Shown here in pieces: positions 10,976 through 22,692 of a stretch of 37,353 nucleotides of DNA. The notes under the pieces were generated by a model. The model did not search any database and was not told where the DNA came from. It saw only the letters and a list, made by a program, of their open reading frames with translations. The stretch lies in contig NW_021827551.1 of the NCBI RefSeq assembly GCF_006345805.1, positions 1-37,353 on the forward strand. The letters run 5' to 3'. Every line of letters begins with the position of its first letter. The stretch's first letter is position 1. A program made the translations under genes and the position numbers. This DNA comes from Octopus sinensis (lineage: Eukaryota).

Positions 10976-11283
10976 TCTCACGTGATCACGTGACCGACCA
11001 CACCATCAGATGTTGCTACACATCGCTGGTCACACTGCGTTCGCATTGTTTTAGCCTTCGAATGACGCCACCCCGCTGGCTAAGCGAGCAGGCCAACAGA
11101 AGAAAGAGTAACAGAAAGTGTGGTGAAGAAGTACAGCAGGGATCACCACCCCCTGCCGGAGGCTCGTAGAGCTTTTAGGTGTTTTCGCTGAATAAACACA
11201 CACAACGCCTGGTCTGGGAATCGAAATTGCGATCCTACGACCGTGAGTCCGCTGCCCTAACCACTGGGCCATTGTGCCTCCAC
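10976..11283 (-). mobile_element. Family-R SINE (tRNA-Arg-like head) with tail Y
   Basis: Head GGAGGCACAATGGCCCAGTGGTTAGGGCAGCGGACTCACGG..GCAATTTCGATTCCC. Homologous end to end with 31987-32297. Ends (CACGTGAT)2-like. Confidence 0.9.
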
Positions 11284-11450
<167 letters not shown>

Positions 11451-12085
11451 TTTATATCACTTACAGTGGAGCACTTAATACGCATATATGATGAATTTGA
11501 ATAACTACAACAGATTATAATTTGTGAAAAACTGGTAAAAAGGATTTCAGTGACGAGAGCTAAATTATCATAGGACAATGATTTCAAAGCCATTTGTATT
11601 CATTATTCTGTAACCTACGTGAATTCTGGAAAGGTAAGGCAAGAGTTCCTTTAACTCAAAAAATGAAATAATATTCAAAAATCCGAATTGAGTTAAAAAT
11701 TCTATTTAATGGATATAAATTAAACGCGTGATATTTTAATGTATCATTTAAATTAAATGTATCGTTGTCAATGAAATATACATAATTTAAATTAATTCAA
11801 ATTTTGAAGAGTGATACGAGAGCAATATGAGGAGCAACATACGCGAAATATTATTATAAAGATTGTTTTACGTGAAGTCACGATTCTTTAGAATATATAC
11901 AAAATATTTAATCACTCATAACATTTTATTTCCATTTGTGTAATGTATTCGAAATGATGTATCAAACTTACCGTGAGTAGAGATGAAATTAATAGGTAGA
12001 ATTATTAAAATATGTGAATAAAGAGATCAATAGCTAAATGATTGACACCAATTCGAATTCAATAAATTCAATACTAATTGATAAA

Positions 12086-12132
<47 letters not shown>

Positions 12133-12494
12133 TTATGAAACGTTTATTTAGAAGAATACTATCTGTTCAAAACAATTGTGGATAATTATGTATGTGAGTA
12201 TGTATGTAATTCTGTATGTTATGACTAATACTATTATAATGTACTCTATTAAAACGTATCAAGACGTATAACTTACTGATTTCATACAAACTATTACATT
12301 CAAATTTAATTTGAGAGCGACAATTTAACATGGATGTTCTTAGTAATATGGCAAGCGCTCTTACAAAATAATTTAATAGATATTCTGTATAACAGCCATT
12401 GATATATATATATATATATATATACATACATACACAAGCATATATTGTATATATATTTGTCGAGAGAGAGAGAAATATACATGACTACATTCAG

Positions 12495-12538
<44 letters not shown>

Positions 12539-13308
12539 GTAGTTAGATAGGACGCTAAACTTAGTACACATGCACGGCAGAGTTCAAGGTCAGTCTCTGT
12601 AAAAGCAGCATCACTCTTTGTGCTTTAGCTTCGTTACTATAGCACCAGTCCATATAATTATTCATCAGACCACGTATGTATAACTTTCCTTGTAATGGAC
12701 GGTTACATTTAAAACGAGAATATCAAATATATTTTAATAAGATAACTTGACAGAAAATTAAGAGATATGGATAGTTCTAAGACGTGTGCTAATTGCTCCG
12801 AGTTCATTATTTCGGAGGCCAAACCTCACGGAGGTTAGAACTGAATTTCATTTTTCTAAGTTCAATAAATAATTCACCAACCAAGGACTGATGTCTAATA
12901 CTTGTTCTGTTTGAATTTTATTTTATATTTGGTTTTATTTCCATCTTACTACGTAAGAAATTGTCTGCAATAGAATGTGATTAGACCTGTATCTTCCGGA
13001 TTATATTAGCGCAAAGAATGTCACATATCACATTTACGTCACTATGTATATTTGAGAAAATCCATGGATAGAAATATAATTCATATTATTTGTTAGGTGT
13101 AATTCAACCACAAGAACAAAGCCACAAACTTTATTGGGGACTTGTTATATGTGTATATTGACTATTATATATAATATATTTCATCGGTTGTCAAAATTTA
13201 CCTAGGTATTCAGAATAATCTCAGCTTGCTCTACAGGATAAGATGTTAATAAATTTTATTGCACCATTTTATCTGGATCACTATCAATATTCGAGGTTAT
13301 GAATGTAA

Positions 13309-13506
13309 TATATATATATATATTATATATATATATATATATTATATATAATATATAGATATATATAATATATATTTCACCCTTATACAATATATATATA
13401 TATATACATATATTATATATATACATATATGTGTGTATATATGTGAGTGTATGTGTGTGTGTTTGTTATAACCATATATACGATTACATATATATATATA
13501 TATGCA

Positions 13507-13549
<43 letters not shown>

Positions 13550-13613
13550 GTATATATGTATATATAATATATATTAAATTTACATTTCACACGCACAAGC
13601 ACACATACACGCG

Positions 13614-13647
<34 letters not shown>

Positions 13648-13650
13648 TAT
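13309..13650. repeat. Compound (TA)n/(TG)n/(CA)n microsatellite
   Basis: Read directly. Confidence 0.95.
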
Positions 13651-14316
13651 CATTATAAGAATACATAAATGACAGTTCATTACGTGCAGGATCTTATTGA
13701 CTAGATGCATAGCGTTCACAAGATTTCTAAAAATGGTGTCATTTTTGCAGTTAAAGTTACTTTTAAACTATAGCAATTCGATAAATGGAAGGAAGATGTG
13801 ATCAGAAGTAGATCTCTCTCAAACCGTTGTTGTGATTGAAATAGAATTAGAATTAATTTCATGACATTCAATGTTATGGAGATCACTGGTGACCAGATGA
13901 ATAACGAATAGTGAATGGCTGAACAAAATAGATACATAAAGAAACAGAAGGTATGGCGGACGAGTTAGGAAAATTGAGAAAGAAGAGCGACACCTGGATA
14001 ATTGCTGTTGTTCCCCGGGTTCTGGTCTATGTCATGTGCGCTCACTTAATTTACTGAAAACTAAGTTATATATGGAGTGATTCTTTGACTAGGCCAAAAC
14101 TAAGCAAAGTTGAATTTTGAGACAAGTATGTAGCAACCACGATACACACACACGCACTTCTACATATATATATATATATGTATATATATACTTCAGCAAA
14201 ATTTAGATTCAAATGAATATGGTACTTAAGTTAGATGCACCAGAATTCTGTATGGTGTTATCCATATAAATCCATGGGGCGATTATAATCAAAGTAAGCA
14301 ACAAGAATAACTCCCG

Positions 14317-14407
14317 TAATTTGGTACGATCGTTTCGCACTACATCATTTTATTAAATGTTGTAAGTATTACAATATTTTTAAATTCTGAGCACTCATCA
14401 GCCATTA
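14317..14407 (-). ncRNA. Candidate minimal type-I hammerhead ribozyme (probably degenerate)
   Basis: Minus strand order: TAATGG, CTGATGA (14401-14395), long stem II closed by GTGCT/AGTGC, GAAAC (14336-14332), palindromic loop GATC, GTA (14327-14325), CCAAATTA. All core nucleotides are present in the correct order. Confidence 0.6.
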
Positions 14408-14442
14408 ATAGATGTTTTCCATTAATACATAATTTTTATATC

Positions 14443-14478
<36 letters not shown>

Positions 14479-14782
14479 TGTGCGCGTGTGTGTGTGTATG
14501 TATGTATGTATAGGTGCATGTGGAATATTCACAAATGAGTAAATACATTTGTGTGTATGTTTGCATCTATGTGTGTGTGTATCATAAACACGCCTATATT
14601 GATAAAATTAATTACAACTTTCATTAGAAATACCTGAATATGAGTATTGAAAGGCTGGGTATAATATTCATATCTGAGGAAAAAATTACAATATATTTAT
14701 GAAATAGCATTTGTTTAAAAATTAGAGGAAATTAATATCTTAATATTTAAGTTGAATCTTACAAACATGATGTATGTAATTG

Positions 14783-14793
14783 TAATAATAATG

Positions 14794-14868
<75 letters not shown>

Positions 14869-14946
14869 TAATAATAATAATAATAATTATAATAATAATA
14901 ACAATAACACCCACAACGACAAGAAGAAGAACAATAATAATAATAA
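14783..14946. repeat. (TAA)n microsatellite
   Basis: Long (TAA)n run with degenerate 3' part. Confidence 0.95.
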
Positions 14947-14950
14947 ATTA

Positions 14951-15556
14951 TCTATTTTCAAGTGCTTCTACATTTCTCTATCTTTGCAGTCTTCCATCCT
15001 ATACAAACCTGACGTACTTACTTCCAATAATACAGTTTCTGTGGCATTTTTTACATACCGTACTGTGTTGTTTTCTTCTGCTCTAATGTTGTGTTCGCAT
15101 CCAATCTTCTCCTTCGTGTTCTTATTACATACAGTTTCTCCGCGTCACATTTTGGACGGCGTAACCCATATCTGGTCAGCATCTTTCTGTCTAGGCTATT
15201 TAGTTCGTCTACCGTCCATGCAATTACCACTGATCCATATCTAAGTAGTGAAACCACTCAAGTGTTGATAGCGTCAATCTTATTCCGTCCATTTAATTTT
15301 GACTTAAGTATCAGTCTCAGTCTCTGCAAGTACTCCACCTTAAATTGTCCTGTCATTTCTTTCTCCATCAATTTATCTATTTACAATATCCCACACTACT
15401 TATATCCGTCTCTTCTATCTGCTTAATAACCGTGTTTTCCGTTCTATCTGATTCATAATCTCGCCAGACGGTATCGCTAGCTCGTCCATACATTTGATTT
15501 TGCCGCTCTTCAAGACTAATACACCACACTTTTTCAGTTCGAACTCCATTCGGAGT
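14951..15556 (-). mobile_element. Decayed internal fragment of an R4/Dong-clade (RLE-type) non-LTR retrotransposon: RT end and thumb region
   Basis: Minus translation across lesions gives MEFELKKCGVLVLKSGKIKCMDELAIPSGEIMNQIE..EMTGQFKVEYLQRLRLILKSKLNGRNKIDAINT*VVSLLRYGSVVIAWTVDELNSLDRK..PKCDAEKLY..YVKNATETVLLEV. The motifs FGL.KC, KEY.RRLR.IL.S.LNG.NKI.AINT.A and DR..RK are characteristic of R4/Dong/Rex6 RTs. Confidence 0.85.
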
Positions 15557-17642
15557 GTGTAAAACAATTATGTAAAGCCCCAGTCCAGTACTGGAGTTGA
15601 AGTAATCGACTACCAAACACCTCTAAAATCGTTAGCTTTGTGCCAGAATCGTTAGAGAGTCTGCTTAGAGGCTTGACTTTCGATGTATTACGTACCGGAT
15701 TCAAATCCATCGGGACCAAATCTGCATTGCATGACATCGATAAAATAAGATGCAAATTAGTTACTGGAGTGTCCATTAACGATACTCTAGCATTAAACTA
15801 CTGATATTTTGCCAAGATTTTAAACAATTTTTATACTTCATATTCTTTTTGTTTTTGTTGTTATTCAACTGGATTTCAGAAGCCTGAAATATTTCAAGTG
15901 TTAATGGAAAAAACAATTATCGTTCTCCTTCTTTTTTGTATGTGTATCGTGAATTTTTATAACAAAATATCTAGAAATCTCACTGTGAGATAATACAAGG
16001 TAGAATTTTTTTTTTCATTAATTTCGTTTCATCACTGTGGAAATCGAATTCGATACTGACCTTCCGTTACATGCAGAAGAAGCAGGAAAAAAGCTTCAAA
16101 ATTGGTTTTTGAAATAGAAAATATATTACTCCACGCAACCGCACCCCGAATAAGGAATGGGAAAAAATACACGAATAATTTAGAAATGCGGAATATTTCT
16201 CATTGCTGCAATAAAAAAAGATATGCAAAATAAGTAAATAAATAAATATATAAGTAAAACAAGTTACTTCATGAAAGCCAGTGACATTCCAAAACGAAAG
16301 CTTAATCGTAACAACAATATCAAAACATCACCACCAGTACCACCACCGCCAACAACAACAACAGTATCAGGAACATCCAACGTCCTTATTTGAAAAATAC
16401 ATATAGATCATGGACGAAAGCTTGATGTATGTATTTTTCATGTTTTCGCAACCGCTGACATTTTCTTTATACAATAAACCTGGATATGAATCGCTTCACT
16501 ATTAGAAAAAAATATCGTCTGTTACAAGTTTCTTGCTCCAATGGATGTTACGAGCAACGATAAGTAATATATTTGTTGCAACAGTCTAAAGTCATATAAT
16601 GTCCAAAGCAGATTTAGATGAGGCACTCGTATGCAACATGATTGCTTCTGCAAATGTATGATTTGTTTTCCAGAACGATAAACTGGTGAAGAGAAAACTG
16701 GTCGTTTATTGGAATTCCTGATTCTAAACCAGTCGTACTATATTTCGGGCAGAGGTTATCGAACAAGATGTTGCTGTCGGCTCTTGTCTTCGTTGGTGGT
16801 GGATGACCAAGGCCGAACAGATATTCATTGACTTACGTTGAAGTCGGTGTTATCAGAAATAGAAATGTTGTCACTATCCCCAAGTGTAATTCTAGAATTG
16901 TGCACTGAAGTAGGCACTGATAAAATATTGATTGAATGATTATGTCATAAAGACCAGCGCTAAATTTACAACTAATTTCTTCAACGGCTTTTCTAGGAAA
17001 GCTTAACGGATGAAAAGTGAGTCGGCTGGACTTCAGTCATCCCCATGCTCACAAGAGGGAACATATATAATTCCTTGTTCTCCTCTACAGTAGATGACAA
17101 TAGAGTCTGTCATGAATACCATTACACGGCGCGAAATAGGATAGTCACAATATATATGACAGATAGGAATATATATGACAGATAAGTGTGACAAAATACA
17201 GTAGAAATAGAGCGAGATCTAGAGAAATGCTATTGGATATACAAATTTTACATATTAAACACATTCCTGGAAGCTGGTACGTAACTATTAATGACCTATA
17301 GGGATACCGTATTTCGTTCTGCAACCATAATATACTATAAATTATATTAAACGGATTTATAAGATAACACTTCGTTCCACTCTGTGTTAGCAGTGCTGCC
17401 ACGTTACTTGTCGCTGATGTAATATGTTCCCACTGCGCGAAAGATCATTAAAAGCGCAGTCAAAGCGTCACACTTTATGATTCTATAAAACAACCGAAGT
17501 TAAAGCATACACCAGAGTATGAGGTTAAGAAAGGAGATAGGCGTGAAATTATCACTTTGTGTTCCGCATCGTACACACGATTATGACGATCACGCAGGCA
17601 GTATTTGAGCCGCATTCTCTTTCAACCCTTTCCACTCTCCCT

Positions 17643-17725
17643 CTCACTCCATCCTTCTCACTCCATCCTTCTCACTCCATCCTTCTCACTCCATCCTTCT
17701 CACTCCATCCTTCTCACTCGATCTT
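17643..17725. repeat. 14-bp pyrimidine-rich minisatellite (CTCACTCCATCCTT)x5 plus one degenerate unit
   Basis: Five perfect units at 17643-17712. Confidence 0.95.
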
Positions 17726-17913
17726 CCTCTCTCAATTTCTCTTTCTGTCTCTCTGTGGATAAAATCCATGAACATATTTCTAAAGCACATAAAATAACCC
17801 TATCCTATGAGTCAAACACAGGTCAGTTTTCTCCGTTCATGCACCTGAACAGACTTTTCTTTCAAGAGAACACATTTTTCTGGAGAATTTTCCACAAAAT
17901 TTTCCGACATTTG

Positions 17914-18333
17914 CTTTTACTCTTTAACTCTTTTACTTGTTTCAGTCATTTGACTGCGGCCATGCTGGAGCACCGCTTTTAGTCGAGCAAATCGACCCCG
18001 GAACTTATTCTTTGTGAGCACAGTACTTATTCTATCGGTCTCTTTTGCCGAACCGCTAAGTGACGGCGACGTAAACACACCAGCATCGGTTGTCAAGCAA
18101 TGCTAGGGGGACAAACACACACACACAAACATATACACATACACTTATATATATATATACATATATATGACATGCTTCTTCCAGTTTCCGTCTACCAAAT
18201 CCCCTCACAAGGCATTGGTCGGCCCGGAGCTATAACAGAAGACACTTGCCCAAGATGCCACGCAGTGGGACTGAACCCGGAACCATGTGGTTGGTTAGCA
18301 AGCTACTTACCACACAGCCACTCCTGCGCCTAT
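17914..18333 (-). mobile_element. Family-C SINE, full length
   Basis: Same architecture as 10538-10952, with tail repeats (GTAAAAGA)n. Confidence 0.92.
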
Positions 18334-19147
18334 CAAATTTTCTGTATCAAATTTTTCAATTTTAGCGACAGTTTTCGAAAACACTGCCTCTTATTACACA
18401 TATTTCCCTCGTAAGACGTTTATAAGTCTCCGTGTCTTTCGATTTTATTTTTGTTGTTATCGCTTCTGTCAAGTGATGTTCTAACACCAATTGAACCGTT
18501 ATAATATTTTGGACGGAAATATTCAAAGTTGTCCGCTGCTAAATGATGAGTTTACCTCTGCAAATCATTCACGTACTTAATATTCTGCTTCCTGTCAGCA
18601 ACACCTTCTAAGCGTGTATGTGTTTTTGTGAATATTTACGCGTTTACTTGTCGCAACTGCGGTTAAAATTAACAAAAATTAGTTTTAAAAAATTTAATAA
18701 ATATCTTCTTGGGCGAAAATCAATTAAATTGCTTTAACTTGCAAAGGGAAAAAAAGGGTATATGACAAGGCAAGTAAAAATAGCGCGTAGTTTTTGAAGA
18801 AGTTGTTAATATCCAGCTTGGTGAAGATGGCCCACGCAAATTACGAAGTCTTCCCAAAATATTATTATCCAATTCTTCATAACATTTCTTCTTTTGTGTT
18901 TATGCTTTTACAAATGTCATAGTAATAGAAAATATGAAGTAAACCTTGCTCTCACTGAAAACTCGCGCGTGAAACGCTAATTCGATTCGTGTCAATATAT
19001 TTAAAAAAAAAAAACGTGTCATTGGAGAGAGAATGATGGAGAGAAAGATGAAATGGCCGCTACTCATGACGCGTTGAGTTAATGAGAAAATACAGCAGCG
19101 AGAGAAGCGCCACCATCACTGATGTCGCCAATAATATAAAGGAAAAT

Positions 19148-19766
19148 AGAAGAAGAAGAAGAAGAAGAAGAAGAAGAAGAAGGAGGAGAAGAGGAGGAAG
19201 AAGAAAAGGAGGAAGAAGAAAAGAAGAAGAAGAAGAACACAAGGAAGGAGGAGGAGAACGAGCAGAAGGAGAACAAGAAAATGAAGAAGTAGAAGGCAAA
19301 GAAGGAGGAGAAGAAGAAGAAGAAGATGAAGAAGACAAAGAAGGAGGAGGAGGAGGAGGAGGAGAATAATACAAAGAAGGAGGAGAAGAAGACGAAAAAG
19401 AAAAAAGAATGGGGGAAGAGTTAGGAGAAGAAGAAGAAGAAGAAAAGAAGAAATAAGAAGAAGAAGAAGAAGACAAAAGGAAGGATGAGGAGGAGAAGAA
19501 GAAGAATAATATAATAAGACAAGAGGATTAGGAGGAGACAGGATAAATTAGGAGGATTAAAGGAGGAGAAGAAGAAGAAGAAGACAAAGAAGGAGGAGGA
19601 AGCGGAGGAGGAGAAGAAGGTGAAGAAGAAGACAGAGTAGGAGGATTAGGAGGAGGAGGAGGAGGGGAGTGGAAGGAGAACAACAACAATGGGAAGAAGA
19701 AAGAGGAGGAGGAGGAGAGGAGAAGAAGAAGAAGAAGAAGAAAGAAGAAGAAGAAGAAAAGAAGAA
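19148..19766. repeat. Approximately 620-bp purine-rich (GAA)n/(GGA)n compound tract
   Basis: The plus strand is almost entirely A/G triplets. Confidence 0.95.
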
Positions 19767-19829
19767 CGACTACAGCAATTTCTAATAGGATACTGATTAT
19801 TATCGCTGTTATTGTTGTTGATGATACTC

Positions 19830-20048
19830 TTTCACTCATTTCAGTCATTTGACTGAGGCCATGCTGGAGCACCGCCTTTAGTCGAGCAAATCGACCCCAG
19901 GACTTATTCTTTGTAAGCCTAGTACTTATTATATCGGTCTCCTTTGCCGAACCGCTAAGTTACGGGGATGTACACACACCAGCATCGGTTGTCAAGCGAT
20001 GATGGTGTACAAACAGACACACAAACATACACACACACATATATATAC

Positions 20049-20108
<60 letters not shown>

Positions 20109-20113
20109 TGTAT

Positions 20114-20147
<34 letters not shown>

Positions 20148-20198
20148 TGTATGTACAAACAGACACACAACACATACACACAACAAAATATATATACA

Positions 20199-20254
<56 letters not shown>

Positions 20255-20321
20255 GTATATATATGTTGTGTGTTGTTTTGTGTGTCTGTTTGTACATACA
20301 TATATATATATTACATATATC

Positions 20322-20354
<33 letters not shown>

Positions 20355-20401
20355 ATATGTATGTATATATATATATATGTATATATATATATTAATATAG
20401 A

Positions 20402-20458
<57 letters not shown>

Positions 20459-20627
20459 TATACGACATGTTTCTTTCTATTTCCGTCTACGAAATCCACT
20501 CACAGGCTTTGGTCGGCTCGAGGCTATAAAAGAAGACACTTGCCCAAGGTGCCATGCAGTGGGACTGAACCCGGAACCATGTGGTTGGTAAGCAAGCTGC
20601 TTGCCGCAGAGCCACTCCTGCGTCTAT
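19830..20627 (-). mobile_element. Family-C SINE with greatly expanded internal microsatellite
   Basis: Tail half at 19830-20025 and head half at 20462-20627 flank more than 400 bp of (CA)/(TA) repeat. Confidence 0.9.
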
Positions 20628-21429
20628 ATGATGTTCATTTTCATTGGTTATATTTTTATCACGTGCTGTCACTGCACAACTGGATGCAGCTCTGTGTGCC
20701 TCGAGCATGAGCTATGGTTTTGTTACTGTTTTTTGTTTATAGTAATAACGAAGGATTTGTGGTGCGATATTTTCCGTAAGTTATAATATATATTTGTAAA
20801 TCTTTAAGGTTTAATTATGTATTTGAATATTTAGTTATTTCAGTTTTCAGGCTCCATGTTCGAGTTATCTCCATTTCTAGATCTTTGAGTTTCTTATATT
20901 TTTCTAGCAATAAATTGGCATATGTGGGGACTCATATCTCGATTAGAAGGCATTTCTTGTTGGTGACGCTGACTAGAATATCTGGACCATGAGTCTTCAC
21001 CTCGCTATTTGTGTGTGTTGGTATTTCTCAGATGACGGTTACTTCGTTATTTTCTGTTGTTTTCAGAGACGTACGTGTACCATATTTTGATTGTAATTCC
21101 ACAGCTTCCATTGTATATAGGTCCCAATTCCCTCGTGTCTGTAGATATATTCCATCTCAGTCATGACCGAGCAGCTAGAAATAATATGTTTAATTGTTTT
21201 TATTCCCCATCGCCGTATATTCTGCAGTTACTCATTGTATTTTCTTCATCGTGTGATTTTCGTGGCTAGTGGCGAGTGAGGCTTTTATGCCGCAGATAAG
21301 ACTCTTCGGTCTCTGCTTTGAGTCACAATTTTCTTAAACATTGGTCATATTTCATTTTTGCTAGCTCTTTTTTTTTCTAACTTATCCCAGTATTTGCCAT
21401 GAGTGGGTTAGTAAAGGTACTAAAGATAT

Positions 21430-21596
21430 GTTAGTTAGTTAGTTAATTTTTTGGCTCAAAAAGCAAAAAGCAAGGCCATATAGGGGGACATGAAGTTATG
21501 TACAGGGTGGTGTTCATGTAAAGAGTTCAGGCCACTTGTGGCCAAGGGAGACTTTGAACCGATCGGTCGTCTGCATCTTCACTATCTCGTCCGGCT
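21430..21596 (-). mobile_element. 3' terminal fragment of a second CR1-type LINE
   Basis: Minus strand: PDEIVKMQTTDRFKVSLGHKWPELFT* (stop at 21516-21514; compare the CR1 C-terminal WN.LP.EVV..FK..LD motif), a short 3' UTR and a (TAAC)n tail. Confidence 0.75.
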
Positions 21597-22202
21597 TTCT
21601 TGTATTGCATATTAAGTCCCCACCCACACATATATTGCATACTCACAGCATAGACAGAGAAAATTAAGCAATAATATCCAACCATATGCTGCGAGAAGTA
21701 GTATTATATTTGCTTTGAAATTTACTGCCACAATTCAGTTTTATTAGAATCAGCGTAATTTTTGATTTGACCGTGAATAACACACTTCCTACTTCTAAAA
21801 CGTGTGAAAAGTTGCGTTGCAGATTTATTCGTTTTACTCTGTTTTGTAATGCTACACTAAATTTCTCTACAGTTTTCATGTAGGAGGCATTTCTTTGGCT
21901 TCATGCATTTGCAAATGGAGATGAAGCAAACCAAAGCTGAAAATGCTAATGAAAAAATTTTTTTTTTTTTGAAAAAACTAATTTTCGAAAATGGCTGAAA
22001 TCAAATTGCCTTGTAAAATATATTCCCATAATAACTCAAACAAATAAAATTTAATCCGATTCGTTAACGAAAAAGAAATTCTTTGGCAAGTTATCCAAAA
22101 GATTTAAGCGAGAGTAAAAATAAATATATTTACGGTGATTACAAAAGTCAGTAACACTAAAAACAACTAACCAAAATTCAAGAAACAACGATGAGAAAAT
22201 AT

Positions 22203-22211
22203 CTACTACTA

Positions 22212-22272
<61 letters not shown>

Positions 22273-22560
22273 GACTACTACTACTACTACTACCACTACT
22301 ACCACTACCACTACTACTACTACCACTACTACTACTACTACACTATCACTACCACTATACTACCCACTACTACTACTACTCTACTACTACTACTACTAAC
22401 TCTACTACTAACTAACTACTACTACTACTACTACTACTACTACACTACTACTACTTTACTTACTGCTGCTGCTGCTCGACCCACAACTACTAACACTGCT
22501 AATATCACTACTACCAACTGCCGCTGCTTCTGGTACTACTCTACTTCTACTACTACTAAC
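22203..22560. repeat. Compound trinucleotide repeat (CTA)8(CTG)15 followed by degenerate (CTA/CCA)n
   Basis: Counted directly: CTA at 22203-22226, CTG at 22227-22271. Confidence 0.95.
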
Positions 22561-22637
22561 TAATTAATAATAAGAAGAATAAGAAAAAGAGAATAGTATA
22601 ATATAAATAATAATAATAATAATAATAATATATAATA

Positions 22638-22670
<33 letters not shown>

Positions 22671-22692
22671 ACAAAATTAACAATAATAATAA
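22561..22692. repeat. (TAA)n-type microsatellite
   Basis: Read directly. Confidence 0.9.

Noticed and set aside
12610-12668. CTGATGA on the minus strand at 12668-12662
   Set aside because: It is followed by no closable helix II and by GAAG instead of GAAA.
17071-17092. Strong plus-strand acceptor-like TTCCTTGTTCTCCTCTACAG
   Set aside because: No recognisable coding frame or matching donor downstream; such motifs are common in AT-rich DNA.
19082-19369. 95-aa Arg/Glu/Gly-rich ORF and overlapping Ser/Pro-rich antisense ORFs
   Set aside because: They are by-products of the GAA/GGA tract, with no splice or codon evidence.
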